From Octopus sinensis (taxonomy: Eukaryota), in contig NW_021827930.1 of the NCBI RefSeq assembly GCF_006345805.1, positions 1 through 9,430 on the forward strand: a stretch of 9,430 nt of DNA. The letters run 5' to 3'. Each line of letters starts with the position of its first letter. Within the stretch, counting starts at the first letter, position 1. The notes under the pieces are model-generated. The model searched no databases. It saw only the letters and a list, made by a program, of their open reading frames with translations, and was not told the DNA's origin. Positions 8,078-9,430 of the stretch are shown here, piece by piece. The position numbers were made by a program, and so were the translations under genes.

Positions 8078-8491
8078 ACCTATTTCTTTACTACCCACAA
8101 GGGGCTAAACACAGAGGAAACTAACAAGGACAGACTAACGGATTAAGTCGATTATATCGACCCCAGTGCGTAACTGGTACTTATTTAATCGACACCGGAA
8201 GGATAAAAGGTAAAGTCGACCACGGTGGAATTTGAACTCAGAACGTAGCGGCAGATGAAATACCTATTTCTTTACTACCCACAAGGGGCTAAACACAGAG
8301 GGGACAAACAAGGACAGACAAACAGATTAAGTCGATTATATCGACACCAGTGTGTAACTGGTACGTATTCAATCGACCCCGAAAGGATGAAAGGCAAAGT
8401 CAACCTCGGCGGAATTTGAACTCAGAACGTAGCGGCAGACGAAATACGTCTAAGCATTTCGTCCGGCGTGCTAACGATTCTGCCAGCTCGC
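8078..8491 (-). mobile_element. SINE family D with a tandemly duplicated 184-bp body
   Basis: Minus-strand head GCGAGCTGGCAGAATCGTTAGC (A-box-like)...GAGTTCAAATTCC (B-box-like), then GACTTTGCCTTTCATCCTTTCGGGGTCGAT. Units 8078-8261 and 8262-8445 differ at about 17 of 184 positions with no indels. TTAACCTATT at 8075-8084 and 8495-8504 is a candidate TSD. Confidence 0.85.
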
Positions 8492-8685
8492 AACTTAACC
8501 TATTAATGTTTTTTTTTTACATGTGTCACCCCATTTTGGCCACCCCATTATCATCCCACTTTTCTTCAACGTCCCCACCCCTAGATCTTTCCACTGTCCC
8601 TAAGAGGGCACTACTGCCCACTTTGGGAACCACTGCCTTAAAATATCATACTGTACAGTGGTATTGAATATACCCTACCCGACAA

Positions 8686-8727
8686 CACTGTACTGTGTAC
8701 AATACTGTACTGTATTGTACTGTACTT
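8686..8727. repeat. (ACTGT)n pentanucleotide repeat, imperfect
   Basis: cactgtactgtgtacaatactgtactgtattgtactgtactt. Confidence 0.7.
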
Positions 8728-8876
8728 TACAGTAGACGTTAACGACCTCCGTTTTTAATTAGATATTTTAATGAACATATTCAATTCAGCTAATATCAAA
8801 TTTAAGTTTAATTCACTTCTAATTAAATTTTAATTTATTTATATTTGTTACAGTTCTATCTCGATCTTTTAACGAT

Positions 8877-8989
8877 ATGAATAATGATGAATAATTATTG
8901 ATGAGGATGGCGATGATGACGACGACAACGCCAACAACATCAACAATCATTACAACAACAACAACAACAATAATAATAATAATAATAAT
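8877..8989. repeat. Graded trinucleotide array (GAT)-(GAC)-(AAC)-(AAT)
   Basis: gatgatgacgacgacaacgccaacaacatcaacaat...caacaacaacaataataataat. Confidence 0.8.
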
Positions 8990-9098
8990 TTATACTTTCG
9001 GTTAATTAGGTTTCCCTTTTGACTCCTATCACTTTTTTAAATTGAAATATTTGTTAAAATATTAAACACAGTCTCTGCCAATTACATCGGCATTAGAC

Positions 9099-9430
9099 CG
9101 TTGTTGTTATCGTTGTGGTCGTCGTCGGTAGTGGTGGCGGTGGCGATGGTGGAGGTGATGGCGATGGTGGTGGTGATGGTGGTGGTGGTGGTGGTGATGG
9201 TGATGGTGGTGGTGTGGTGCTAGTGGTGGTATGGTGGTGTGGTGCTAGTGGTGGTATGGTGGTGGTTGTGATGATGGTAGTAGTGATGATGCTGGTGGTA
9301 GCGATGGTAGTGGTGGTGTGGTGGTGATGATGGTGGCAGTGGTAGTGATGGTGATGGTGGTGGCATGGTGGTGGTGATGATGGTAGTAGTGATGATGCTG
9401 GTGGTAGCGATGGTAGTGGTGGTGTGGTGG
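9099..9430. repeat. (GGT)/(GAT) trinucleotide array with higher-order duplications, running off the window end
   Basis: Direct reading. A 25-bp unit is duplicated at 9207-9231 and 9232-9256, and an exact 57-bp block occurs at 9268-9324 and 9374-9430. Confidence 0.9.

Overview
This is eukaryotic, repeat-saturated, non-coding DNA (intronic or intergenic). It is most likely from an octopus or other coleoid cephalopod, inferred from the tRNA-derived SINE families and the very high microsatellite load. No host gene, RNA gene, CRISPR array or prokaryotic system is supported. The only protein-like sequence is the 3' end of a 5'-truncated CR1-type LINE (about 3025-3604, + strand) with an uninterrupted ORF2 C-terminus, a 3' UTR stem-loop and a (CTAA)n tail. 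The window also holds an apparently complete 400-bp non-autonomous Helitron (4042-4441, - strand), eight minus-strand SINE copies or fragments from about four related or modular families (labelled A-D here for convenience), one plus-strand SINE-like 3' tail, and many micro- and minisatellites. Almost all ORFs in the track are artefacts of simple repeats or SINEs. The best leads concern transposon biology: a stem-loop kept by compensatory changes in a shared SINE 3' tail, module swapping between SINE families, an internally duplicated SINE whose junction lies in a hairpin, and a strand bias among the SINEs. I did not find a convincing novel biological system.
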